Part shown: one piece after another, positions 1 to 12,100 of the stretch
How the letters are laid out: every line of letters starts with the position of its first letter
Numbering within the stretch: position 1 is the first letter of the stretch
NCBI GenBank assembly: GCA_976226885.1
Contig: OZ320313.1
Coordinates: forward strand, 71,734,001-71,798,000
Length of the DNA: 64,000 bases
Direction: 5' to 3'
Source: Iphione sp. A-MEVVRFRX5
Lineage: Eukaryota
Notes under the pieces: generated by a model
The model's input: the letters and a program-made list of their open reading frames with translations, nothing else
Told to the model about the DNA's origin: nothing
Database searches by the model: none
Translations under genes and position numbers: made by a program

Positions 1-2720
1 CGCGCGCGCTTTCGCTTTCTTTCTCTCTTCATTTTGGCTTGGAAAAATGCATTATTTTACATACCCCAAGGAACCTACACAGCCTGTTTCTTTTTGTCTA
101 TCTCTTGTCTCTCCCGTTTCGTCTTCTCTGTGTGTATACATACTTCAGCACGAAAAGAATAACTGATGACATCAAATGAACTCCCGTGTTGTGTTAATTT
201 TGACTAACTCGAGACGTGTTTGGCATTCATTAGAATGCGAAAAAAGGTTAACATGTACCAACATCGAGCCCAGCCTTCCAATCCTCTTCGATAACAAGAA
301 TAACATCTCGGACAACGCGAGCTGTGCCCTTGGCTACAGCGCTTGTCCAACGGTCAGCCGGTTAAAGTTAAAAGGGGGGGGGGTCACTAGTACAAAAAGG
401 ATAAATCTGAAACCGTGGAGCACAACATGACTCCCCGGTCAAACCAGGCCCGAACAGAACGCCTGTTGAAAGTGGCACCCGCACCAACTGGACCTTGACC
501 TGCCGAGGGCGCCACTGCCAGAGGAAGGCAGGAACATTGTCGAATTCTGTACAGCATGACCCAGGTATATCAATCGGTTCCAGGTACTCTTGTGTATATA
601 AGAAACCATTCTACAAATTACATTGCCTTACCCTAGTACTCTCAGTCAAAAATTGCTGAAAAAGCTAAAATGAAGGTTTCTCGTATAAAGGTTTCTTTCT
701 TACGTCTCCACACGGAATTGTATTCAACTAAAAGCCTCTGAGCCACTTCTCTTGAGCACCCCTTTGTTAACTTAAAGCTTTCATATTTGATGATATTTTT
801 GTTTTGTTTCCGCTCACAGTTCCCCTCAGACTCCATTAAAATACTTGGATATGACCACACGACTGCAGACCGGTGGTCCGCCGACCCTCAAATCGGGCTC
901 TTCTCCAGTGTAACTCACACAAGGGTGACCAGACATTTAGGGCGTCGCAGGTCATGATCCCGGACAGAGAGCTTCCCTTTTTTCAACATCCAAGCTGTTG
1001 GTCGGGTCTTGGTGGTGGCAAAAGGTGATATACAAACATACAAACATGTATTCCTGAGTTCCTGGGCCAACAGATCAGAGTTGGGACATTCCTGATTCAG
1101 CTGTCATGGTAACTTTTCATCATCAGTGGAGCAATATCACAGTATCACAGCTCACTTAGTTTTGTCTTTGAACCAAAACGCCAGTCACAGAGTGGCCTTT
1201 GAAAGGCAACCCCGTAACTTGTGTTTTTAAGGGAGGAGAACACCAGCAAAGGTAAAAGAGACTTCTTTCTTGAACACGGGCTGATTATTATAATTATTGC
1301 TTTGGACGTTTTTCTGTTGTACATCAGGAAAGCATACATATGAGGACTTGTTTGGGTAACAAAGTCCACCTTTTAAAGAGCATGATACAGCATGACTGCC
1401 CAGTATATGACACCACAAGGTACCTTGCCCAAAGAATTCATTTTCAGGTGGGACTTAACCCTTACATGATAACAGGGCATATATATGGGAGTAGAATTAA
1501 GAGGAACGTGGCTTGGTTCGACCATATCTTAACACGCTGCTGACATGTAGTACAGAATGTAAATTATCATGGCAAAAATATATCCACCATGTTTAAAATC
1601 TGACGTTACAATTTGACGAAAGTACTAACCTTGCGTTCCGACAAATATGAATGGTACATGATAATGCTTTTAATATACGTGCTGTGCAAGAACAGTTAAC
1701 GGTTCTACTTTGATATTGGCACCTTCGCACCCACCAGAGACTGAATCAAGATGGCCATGGCCCTCATACAAGTTACACTTGAAGCACCGATGCGGTAACA
1801 AAGATCGATTACTTAAAACACTTCTCGTTACATGAACTATGGTGAATCAGTAAACATAAAATTTTGGCACCGACAGGATTAGTGCTGGATCTTGACAGAC
1901 ATTTCTTTTTGGTTCTTGTTAGTTTCGCACCCTCAAAAAATCCTTCTAAAAAGCACTATTCTTCCTCCTTAACAAATGCACCCCACATTGTAGATGCATT
2001 ACACGCTCTGCATATTGGACGCAACATGACAGCTGGCCACCCACAGGTTTCCTTCTGAACTAAAATGACGTGTACTCAGAAACACCATAGAATACACTAC
2101 ATATACCAGTCATTGAGCATACTGTACAGTATAACTTCACACTTGCCCTTACCTTCATTACATCGACCCGATTCAACATTAACGCCGTTTTTCTCTCTCT
2201 CTCACACGGTTGTTGACATTACTAAGCGGCTTCCTTGTGCGCATGTACTCGAAGGGTGAGCGGAGATAGGGACCCAAACGCTTCAGTTTAAAACTCTGCA
2301 GGATATGTAGTACGTAACAAATGAGACTCGCTCGGTTAAGTGAGGACGCAAGGCCTATTTACGGGATCATTGTATGAATACACTGTTCCGAGTGACGTCA
2401 TGGGTGAGCTGCCAATGTGAGATAACGCTCGACCCACCTCGGGATACTGGACACGCTGTGGGCTGGCACCAAAGCCCACCGTTAACGTACACATCACTCG
2501 ACCGGCCGAGAGATCAAAACACGTTCACAGACATGACTCTGGCTGCGGTCAATGAACCATGGAAAAACTCAGCCTTGCATGTCCCAACTCTGTCTGATTA
2601 CCTAATGGATAAAGGGCTCATTTTTCTCCAACAGTACGCTATGCTTACCATGCTTCCGCAGATGGAAGCAGGACCCATTTTTTCAATTATTTGTGATTAC
2701 ACTTTCGGTCACAAATCACC

Positions 2721-2749
2721 AGTAGTAGTAATAGTAGTAGTAGTAGTAG
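2721..2749. repeat. (AGT)n imperfect trinucleotide repeat
   Basis: agtagtagtaatagtagtagtagtagtag. Confidence 0.9.
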
Positions 2750-4567
2750 ATAATATTTAGTAATAATATTGGTAATGATAAACCATTTGTCATACTCTGT
2801 ATTCTCTTAGCAATAAAACAATAGGACTTTGTATTTTACTTTCGTCAAATCACACATGTAATACAACAAGAAAGCAACGTTAACAACTTTGAACACTGCA
2901 AACAAAACTACAACATGCCATCTTGTTTGGTTCTACAAATTGAAACACGTCTCGAAAAACTAAAATAATTAAACTATCTCAATGATAGTTTTCCCAGTAA
3001 CAATATAGGAGCACATAGCCTAAAGTACCTCTTGATTATAAGCTGGCTTCCAAAGTAACATTGTACGCCTATTTCCTGAGAGATACTTTCAAACATTTAT
3101 ACGAAGAGACAACACCCACAACTTTGAAATCCACTCATGTGGCAAGATTCGTGATATATCCATAACTTAATAAGTGAGCGGCAAAAGTACATGTACACCC
3201 CAAAATGTATGGCCACCGTCTTGGTATCGACAGTGGCTGCAGAATCCCTTACAAGACAAGCACAGTTTGTATTTTTTTCTCCTTTAGTATACTACACTAC
3301 ACTTATCACAAGAATAACTTCAAAAACGACACAAAACAGCCCAAAATGACACAATAAAACCTTTGAAGGTACTGCAACTTTGCAACGCTATCCTGCTGGC
3401 TGAAAGTATCTCCCAGGCGATGCTTGGAGAGTGTGATTGGCGCGTAGCCCGGGTATCAGAATTGTTTAGACGCGGCCTTTAGGACGCAGGACGCACACGA
3501 CGCATGACGACGACCACGACGACGCGACAGGAGAAGATGGAGAAAACAAGGACGCACGCTTACATGGGGGACACACGTCACGTGTTATCTATTGAGAGAA
3601 GATAAGCCAAAAAGGGGAGAAAAATTAAGAAAAAAGGTCTTCCAGCGGCGGTAGTGGCAGCAGCAAAAACATACAGGTCAACAATCACTCCCTTGTCTGC
3701 TATAACATAGGATGAAACGTGTCATTTCGTAGATATCAATATTTATGTAGGCAAACGAGTGCCAGGCCATGGCGTCCATTCTAGCGATTTGCAATATATT
3801 CATAATTTAGTTTCGTATAAAATATAGCTTGTATTAATTAAATTTGAAAACTTTCCATAATGCAGTGATACACGTTAACTTAAATCGAACGTATCCTTCT
3901 ACAGTACTTTCTGCAGATCAATAAGTTTAGTGTAAAATGTATCATAAACTTGCTCTGCTATGTGAATGTTGCAACAGTGTAAACTTAAGTGAAGCAAAAA
4001 GCATGTTCTTTGGGACAGAATTATTATAGGGGGTGCAATCTATGCAGCTAAAAACATTCAGAGTACCATGCCGGTCATTCATCATACCCTGAGGTACCGT
4101 AATAACAGGCACACATACACTCTTGTGAAACTCATGCAACGACGTCCAATCAAGCGGTAGGAGCAACAAAAATATATACACGCACATCTGCAGAGAACTA
4201 CAGATGTAGTGAATGGGCGGAGAAGATAAGTTATAGTCATAATCTTTTTATGGGAGAGTTTTACTTTTTGGTAGCGGATAAAGTTAAAAAAGGACAGATT
4301 ATGTATTAAGGACCATTGGTTATGATGACTACAGAATGACTGCACAGCAGGTTAAAAGACAATTGATAGGTGGACAGATCTTAAGACAGAACTATGAAAC
4401 TAGACTGATTGACAGATGAAGGTATAAACAGGTCAAGATGAGTTGAGCCACATAAGAGGTAATGAAAGGATTTGAAAAAAGACCTAGCCAAACAACATGG
4501 CGGTTATTGATAAGGTGGGATAAATATACATGTATATATTCATACATATACATATATATAGAGATAA

Positions 4568-4571
<4 letters not shown>

Positions 4572-4625
<54 letters not shown>
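4572..4625. repeat. (AG)n microsatellite
   Basis: Pure AG dinucleotide run, preceded by a TA/CA-rich run at about 4525-4560. Confidence 0.98.
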
Positions 4626-4627
<2 letters not shown>

Positions 4628-5246
4628 TCTTGCAAAAATTCCTGAGAGGCACAGTTTAAAAGGATGCATGCTCTAAGTGACATGCACTGAATGTTTTAAA
4701 AGTAAACAGTCATTCTTTTCTCTGTGTGGAAAGAATAGTTTGTACACCTGGAAATGTTGTTGAGTCGAGTTTAACAAGTCATGGGGTCATATTTAGATTC
4801 CGCGGGAAAACGTGTTGGTTAAAAAAAATCCTTGTGGGGTTATCTCATGAAAAAAAACTGTGCTGGTGATCTGTACAGACTATGCATTTAGAGGAAGCGA
4901 GTGAGGACCATGCAATATTCGTGTGGATACTTTATATGCTGAACACTGACACAACACTCAGGCAGCAGAGCGAGCTAGAGAAATATTACAAGCTCAAGGG
5001 AGTGAACTAGTCAACCGACCTACACTCAAACTGATGCTACAAAGACAGAAATAAAGAAAATGAATACGAAAAACAGACATTCAATAGGGGAAATCTAAAG
5101 AACACGCACAAAAGGGATGACCTTGAGATGACGTCACATGACCATTTGTAGTTAGGTATGATATTCGGAGAGAAAATTAAGACTGAATGTTCAAAATGAT
5201 GTTCATCGTCTTCGTATGATGAACGAATATCTTAGTGCGATGAGAA

Positions 5247-5252
5247 TTTATT
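5247..5252 (-). promoter_or_regulatory. Candidate polyadenylation signal AATAAA for an unspliced short 3' UTR
   Basis: tttatt on the plus strand, about 730 nt downstream of the stop; motif only. Confidence 0.3.
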
Positions 5253-5957
5253 TATACACCTATTCATCTCCTCTGGTTCCTTTTTGCCATTTCAACTGGC
5301 TGAATGTTGCTGCCATCTCTGATCAAACACAAAACATATACTTTTAGGATGGGCCCGGGGTGGGGTGGATTCAGATGCCGAGGAGACAATGTTAACATGT
5401 ACACTTTAGACGGTATAACCAAGAGTTAACACAAAACACATGGGCACACGAAGATTCTCTGGTAAAAACAGATCGAAGGAGGCTGACAATCTGAGACTTT
5501 TAACTCGTTACACGACATTTCTCGTTTTCAGACGCCAGTACTTGATGTCCAAAAAAATGTTGAAACTAAATGAGTGCTTTTCTGCCGCAGCAGCGTAGAA
5601 TATTCCAGCTTATAAGCCACCTTTGACCTTCTGGCCATGCGCATACATCACGTTGCCCGCCAAGAGTTTGCATCGCTTCTACTACTCCTTAGCCACTTTA
5701 CTCCCCCTCCCTCGTCCAGAACAAGTAGGCCAATCCTCAAGGGTTCGCGTACGATCGCAGTCCGGCCGTGACAAATATGGCTCTGAACCACCTCCTCCTA
5801 CGCCGACTGGCGTACTGTAGTCGGGTCCTTATGAAGCGACTTCGAGGCAAACTTTCCAGAGATAAACGTGGAAAGACGTCCGGCGGGCATGTGGTATGGT
5901 ACAGACAGGGGACGAGTAGGTACGGCGGGGCCACAGGATTTCGAATGATAAATGACT

Positions 5958-5963
5958 ACCTAC
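5958..5963 (-). other. 5' splice site of a predicted 3'-UTR intron (CAG|GTAGGT)
   Basis: Near-consensus donor 18 nt downstream of the stop. Candidate acceptors: tttctgtctttgtag| (exon start 5036) and cttctctcaatag| (exon start 3588). Confidence 0.6.
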
Positions 5964-6109
5964 CTGTAAGGTCCTCCCACGTCAATAAGGCTTGCTGTCG
6001 CTCTTTGGCCGCTTCAGCTGCACCTTGAGCCGTTTCATGCCGATCTGGAAGCCGTTCATCGCCTGGATGGCGGCCTGCGCGGAGACCGGGTTGTCATAGC
6101 TGACGAAAC
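5964..6109 (-). CDS. CELF1/2: Last coding exon, RRM3 C-half ([42 protein letters not shown]); stop TGA at 5984-5982, then 18 nt of UTR to a donor
   Basis: tgctgttctag|GT TTC GTC ... TAT TGA cgtgggaggaccttacag|gtaggt. Confidence 0.95.
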
Positions 6110-9100
6110 CTAGAACAGCACACAAGATAACAGGCGTGCTAAATTGTGTTGGCCAGGAGTCCAGCAGGAGCAGAACGCGCCGAAAAACGCTGAGATGACG
6201 TATACTGATGCTGTCGTGGGTGCAGATGGTTAACGTCTAACTCGATGACTGCTTTTCGATCTATTTGGCTATGATTATTGCCCCACAAAAATATGAAATC
6301 AATATAAACATTTTTTTAAACGCGAGGACATTTACCTTATAATTAATAAGGTTTGAACTTAAGTTCACTAAGTGACACTATTCCCACTGTAAAACTCTAA
6401 GATTAACGGTACTCAGATCAACAAGGTGTGGCTAGGTAACGGGACAGCTGGGAGGTCGGAAAACATTATTCCTGTGGTTCCCTTCAAGACCACGAGACAA
6501 AAAAATACATCCTGTCAACCCTTGCTAACTGTTAACAATGTGTACATGGTTCTTGGATTATGACTTCTGTCAATTCATCTAGTTTGGAATTGTTGTCTAG
6601 CACTTTATGCGCGGAGAGTTAAATGCAAAATAACACTGTCTTGGACACCCCTGCTGGAATGACATCCCCCTCCCTCCCCCCCCGTTTTTTTTACAGCCCT
6701 TCGGCGTGTCTTCTCGCAGGTGGCTCACCGAAGCACTTGCTGAGGTTGGTTTGTTTGTCGATGAAGACCTTGGCTGAGATGACGGTGCCGAATGGCATGA
6801 ACATCTGCATGAGGTCGTGATCACCGAACTCCTGAGGCAAGTGGTAGATGAATAGGTTGGCTCCATCAGGGCCTGTGAAAAAGGCAGATCGAGGTATTAT
6901 TAGGTGCCATAAAGACATGCACGTACTTCATTACGCACTGAGGTCAGTCCGGTTTAACCTGTTCGGATAAAAGTCCCGATCTCTCATTTTGCACGTTGTT
7001 CGTCATTTATCGAGTTTCACTCCTGGATTGTATGGATATTTATGCTATTTATGAATGCTATTCGTACAGCGTCGAGTCCAATGAAATGGGTTTTATCAAG
7101 TCAATGACTGTCACATTCGGTGATTTGATAGAAATTCAAAAACAGAAAAAAAGGTGACATTATGTGACATCGTATGCAAAATCTGTAATTACCTTCACTT
7201 TGTTTGCCAGCTGCAGAATTGGCTGCGGCTTGCTGAAGTTGGGCGGTTGTTTGGGTTGTGAAGGCATTAGGAAAAGAAGCTGGAAAAGAAACGAAAATCT
7301 GTACACTGTCCTCCATATCGTGAGTCCGTGCATGTGACTTGTTCAATTGCAATCAGTCACGTGTAGCCAATTTGTGATTTCCACGTTTAAAGATATCTGG
7401 AAAGAAGTCATTATATATTCTGTGATGGTTTCCTTTTTTAATCTATACCATATGATTACTGGACTTGCAAAAAAAGAAGGGGGGAGAGAGGGGGTTCTCA
7501 TTACAAGCCAAAGTTGTTATTGGAAAAAGATGTCAGCCTTTAATCAAACACATTTGGTTTTGTAAGAGTAATTCAAACAATAGATGCAAATATGCCAAAA
7601 ATGTATCAAGAAACTAGTAGGTCAGGAACACTGGATGTGTTATGCAGAGGGCGGAAAGTATCATCAATTCATGTTGGCAACAAAAGTCGATTTTGCCAAT
7701 ACAAACGGTTTTAAACACCTCTTCGGCTTAAACGGGTCACCAGTCGAATCTGGAACATGTGACTGATTTTGATGGGGCAAATCACATACAGATTTGATCT
7801 TAACATTCTCATTTCTGCAAGAGAAGAGAAGATTTTCTTCCAAGAATAACACATCTGTGATAAGATGTGCGGAACAGAGAGAAAACAGGGGATGAAGTGG
7901 AAAGAACTTTCTTTCTCGAAATCCTGAATGTTTGGTCATAGTAAGCTTAAACGACATTGTGTAAGAAACGATATTTGGTGTTGGAAAACCAGCAAGCTTT
8001 AGAAAATTGAAACCTTCCAGCTGGGTCCTAGTTAAAACGTAAGAAACTTCTAGAGGCCACATCCCTTGCTGCTCCTACCAGTTCTAAATAGGATGCAGGC
8101 GATATGAACGCTTTCAACTGCCTAGCCTTCAATATCCCACTTTGGGGTCACCAATTATACAGCAAACTAGAATATAAAGCACCCACATGGAAGATGCTTA
8201 ATGATCAATACTGCTTAATTCAATGCATAAATCGAACTCCTGTATGATCGGACATCCACTGAGAAATACTTATTACAGGAATCATGACACCTACGTTACT
8301 TCTGATTATGGTAGATATTACGGGCAAAATGGAAGAGGTAGCGAGTACAATAAGACTCCTCGGGTATACATAATTTAATTTATATCTTTATTGTACATGT
8401 ATGTGCGTACCTCTTCATAAATCCATTCGCTACTTCAAAATAAAGAAAAAGAAACAATCTGACAACTTCATATTGGCAGTCACTCTAACTGGTGAAAATA
8501 TTATGCTCAAGCCACTTGTCCAATGAATTCAGAATAAACTTGGCCCTAATATAATCCTGTTACATCAGATACTAATATATTTCTAGCTCTACTAGTATTA
8601 CCTAGGCGTTTCACTATTCACGACTAGAGATGCGTGGAGGGACGGAACTGGCCTTTTGTATATGTACTGCCTACCTGGCACAACATTCATGCAGGTAGCA
8701 TTGCCAGTCATTCCCATCGTTTTTCATATGGGATGTTTATACACGTTTCAAAAGTAACTTTTTACCTTCTTGAAATGGGCTAATTTGAAACCGGTTTCCT
8801 TGTAAAAAGAGCTGACAAAGAATGTCTTTTCAGAGAGCTGACAACGGATGTCTCTTAAAGGGAATATCTATAAGAAGTGATACGTTCTGGTGAAATTTGA
8901 CCCAAGGAGCAAATTAAGTACAGACGTTCAGCAAACCAGAATAACATGACTGAAGGGAAATATGACGCCAAGAAAAGTAAGATACAAATGTCTCATCGCT
9001 GTGAACAATCCTTTTCGAATACATCTACAGCTTTCGTGGTACAAGCTATTAAGCTTAAGTCTTCCTCCAGTTAATAACTACGTCGTAAACATGAAGGGTA

Positions 9101-12100
9101 CGACCAAAGGTAGCACAGGACGGAACACTGCCTGCAGGATTCGGACACAGACGGCGTCAGGACGGTTGGCCTAAAGAAAACATCTATGAGGAAAGGGCAG
9201 ACAAACGATACATTAGTCAAGGCTTTGTTTGTGGGAGCAATTGTTTTTTGAATGAGGGCTTTCCAAGTTTCTTCAAGTCTTTTTCACTTCGTTGAAACAT
9301 GAGCCTGGGTGGCATACTTGTGGCCAAAATTGCTGTCGCCTCGACAGGTAAGCGGTCAAATACAGCTACGTACAGTAATAAAAAAAATACAGCTTTGTAA
9401 ATTAAAAAAAAAGGTTGTTCCCATCAGTTTATATCCTGGTTTGACTGTGACTGCTGAAACGAATGGAGGCAGGTGACAAGGCCGGTGTGACGTATGTGTG
9501 AGTGCGGATGTCTGCAGTGTTTGGGGTGCGTGTGTACATGACTGTCCTTGTTACATTTATCTGAGGTGCACCTATGTAGTCTTCCATGCTGGCAATGGTG
9601 CAAGCAGGCGGCCTACGTTGTAGAGATGGGCTTCGTCACAGACGTGGCGGGGATGGGGATTTGGGAGAGTGCGGTTCCGAGGTACGGAGAGGGTTGGGCT
9701 TTATCGAAAGAAGCGGTCAGCAGGAGGAACTAATAGGGGAATGCAGAGGCCGGGGTCTGCAGGTAGCATGTCACCACTGGCAGCCACAAGAGGGCGATGA
9801 GCAGGCCGGCGGCGGCGGCGGCGCAGCAGCAGCGGCGGAGTCCACCACACGCTCACCACAAGACACATAATCATACAAGTACAGAAGACGTACTGAAAAG
9901 GTTTTTTTTATATAAAAGAAAAACAGATACGCGGGTAGGTAGGACAGCCAGTCAATGCAAATCTGAAAAAGTATCAAAATGTGAATTACCTTGACCGAGT
10001 AAACCAGACAAACCTGCGTATTGCTGGATGCCTGAGTAGGCCTGGGTGAGTGCGTCGCTGCTGCCCGCCATCGATGCGTTCCCTATGCCGTTGCTGCCGA
10101 TGTTGGGGGCGACGGCCCCGACATTCGGCAAGCTGTTTTGAAGGCCAGTGAGTCCGCCCATCGACGCCGAGGAACTTGTCGTGTTGGTCGTTGCCTGACC
10201 TGTGGAGACAGAGAGCGCAAACAAAATTGAAACAGCTGAAAAATACAAGTAGTTGCTCTTTTTGCACGGTGGTTGAAAAGGTCTAGGGTGACAGTGCGAT
10301 ATGGCCGGTTATTTTCTAAATAAAGCAAACGAAATAAACTTATTCTTGTCACTCTGGGAGCTGTAAAATCTACTTGAATTAAGAATAGTACGGTCACGAA
10401 AAACAAAGCAAAAACGTATAAAACTCAATTATATTAAACAAAGCACCTTAAATGCATTACCAGTGAACATATTCACCAAACAAAGTTTTCAACTCAACAG
10501 GACCATCTGTATACAAGTTAAGGTGGACAAAAACGATTTTATCTGATTCAGGCTCTTGGCAAGGGATATTATATCCTGGCTCCAAGGATAAGCAGTTTTT
10601 TGCTCTTGAACTCATTATATTATGTGATCTATACTTTGACCACATACTGCACTAAATGGGTGAACTGAGAAAGGTTGGTACATGTCAACTGGAGCAAAAC
10701 GATTCTTACTTGGTTGGGCTAACTGGAAAACACTGTTACTTGTGCTGTGTTGGTAATCCATGGCACTTCCTTAAAATCATCAGAAAGACAGCCATAAACT
10801 TCATTTCAAGCAAACACATTATTTGTCCTTTTTAAAACAGTTATTATCATTTTCAAGTATCATATTGCAATAATACACCCTTGGCAAATGCCTAAATTGA
10901 TAAAGTTATCTCTTAACCATCGACACACATTTAACCAAAATCTTGAAACGAAAGTTAACAGAGTAAGCAAAACATGGTAAGTGATAACACAGGTACGAAA
11001 GATTGAACAGTGTAAGCAAAAACTGTAAGAATTAGCAAACATCAGCCAAGGTCAAGGGCATATGATTTGAAAACAAAAGAGAAGCCTGGTAAACTAATAG
11101 CCTCGAGTATGCATTAAAACGAAGGTATATATATATAAAAAAAATCATTCGAACAGAATTGGTTATTTTTCATCATCCCCCTTTTGGGGAATACAAAGAC
11201 ACTGCCCAAGACATGTCTGACTAACGGAAAGAGGACACTGAGTGTAGGACGAAACTCATCTGATGACTGGTTCTAGGACAACACCAAATAATTAGTACTG
11301 TGACATTGCCTAAATCTTACAAAAATGCATGTTGCTGTTGCGTTTTTTTCGCTCTAGTTGTGGTATAAGTTTATAACCATCCCGAACCTACTGTCTTATT
11401 TCCAATTAAACGCTTGCTTCAGCCGGTACCCAAATTGAGAGAGACCGAACTGTGGACAGGTATATATGTACGTGGTTTAAGAAGATGGATAAACGGACAA
11501 ACAAACCGACAGACGTGATAGCAGGCAAACAGGTAACAGATACGGAGATGGAGACTGAGAGGAGGCAAGGGAGGATTTTCTAAACTGATAGTATTCTTCG
11601 CAGTAACTCGGAGAACCTTGTTCATCTTCGCAACTGTAACAGGACTAAAACTCACCTATACTCATAAATGTACAAACATGTATATATATTCACATGTGTA
11701 CCACAACATGCAGTCTCACCTAGTCCTAGTTGTCCTGTTTTCCCTAATAAAGCAGCTTCAAAAAGACAGAAAGCTGGTCAGTTTTTGTGTCTAAGACAGA
11801 CTGCAAACTACAAAGAAAGACGCACAGGTCCATGCCGCAGTCAACAAGTCAAGGGCAGAGCAATATGGAGCAATTAACGAAAAAAGGTGGTGACATTCTA
11901 TGCGACAAGAAAATAAAAAGGTGAGCTAACGCAAGTGGTATTTTGTACATTAAATACATGAATAAATAAAATATCCAGGCCAACTTGGTACACTAATTGT
12001 GCTGGTGCGAGATAAGAGATAGAAAGCCAGAAGCAGTACGAAAAAAGTCAATTCAACAGATGCACCGCAGGCAGCAGAAAATAAAGACGTTGCAATAACT

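Noticed and set aside
4392-4669. ORFs with LSLSLS / ERERER runs
   Set aside because: They are translations of the (AG)n microsatellite.
5623-6028. Plus-strand ORFs antisense to the last exon and UTR
   Set aside because: Shadow ORFs with no independent coding signature.
9548-9994. Plus-strand ORFs and a hydrophobic minus-strand peptide ([11 protein letters not shown]...) in the GC-rich island
   Set aside because: No credible start or splice borders; explained by GCC/CTG repeats.
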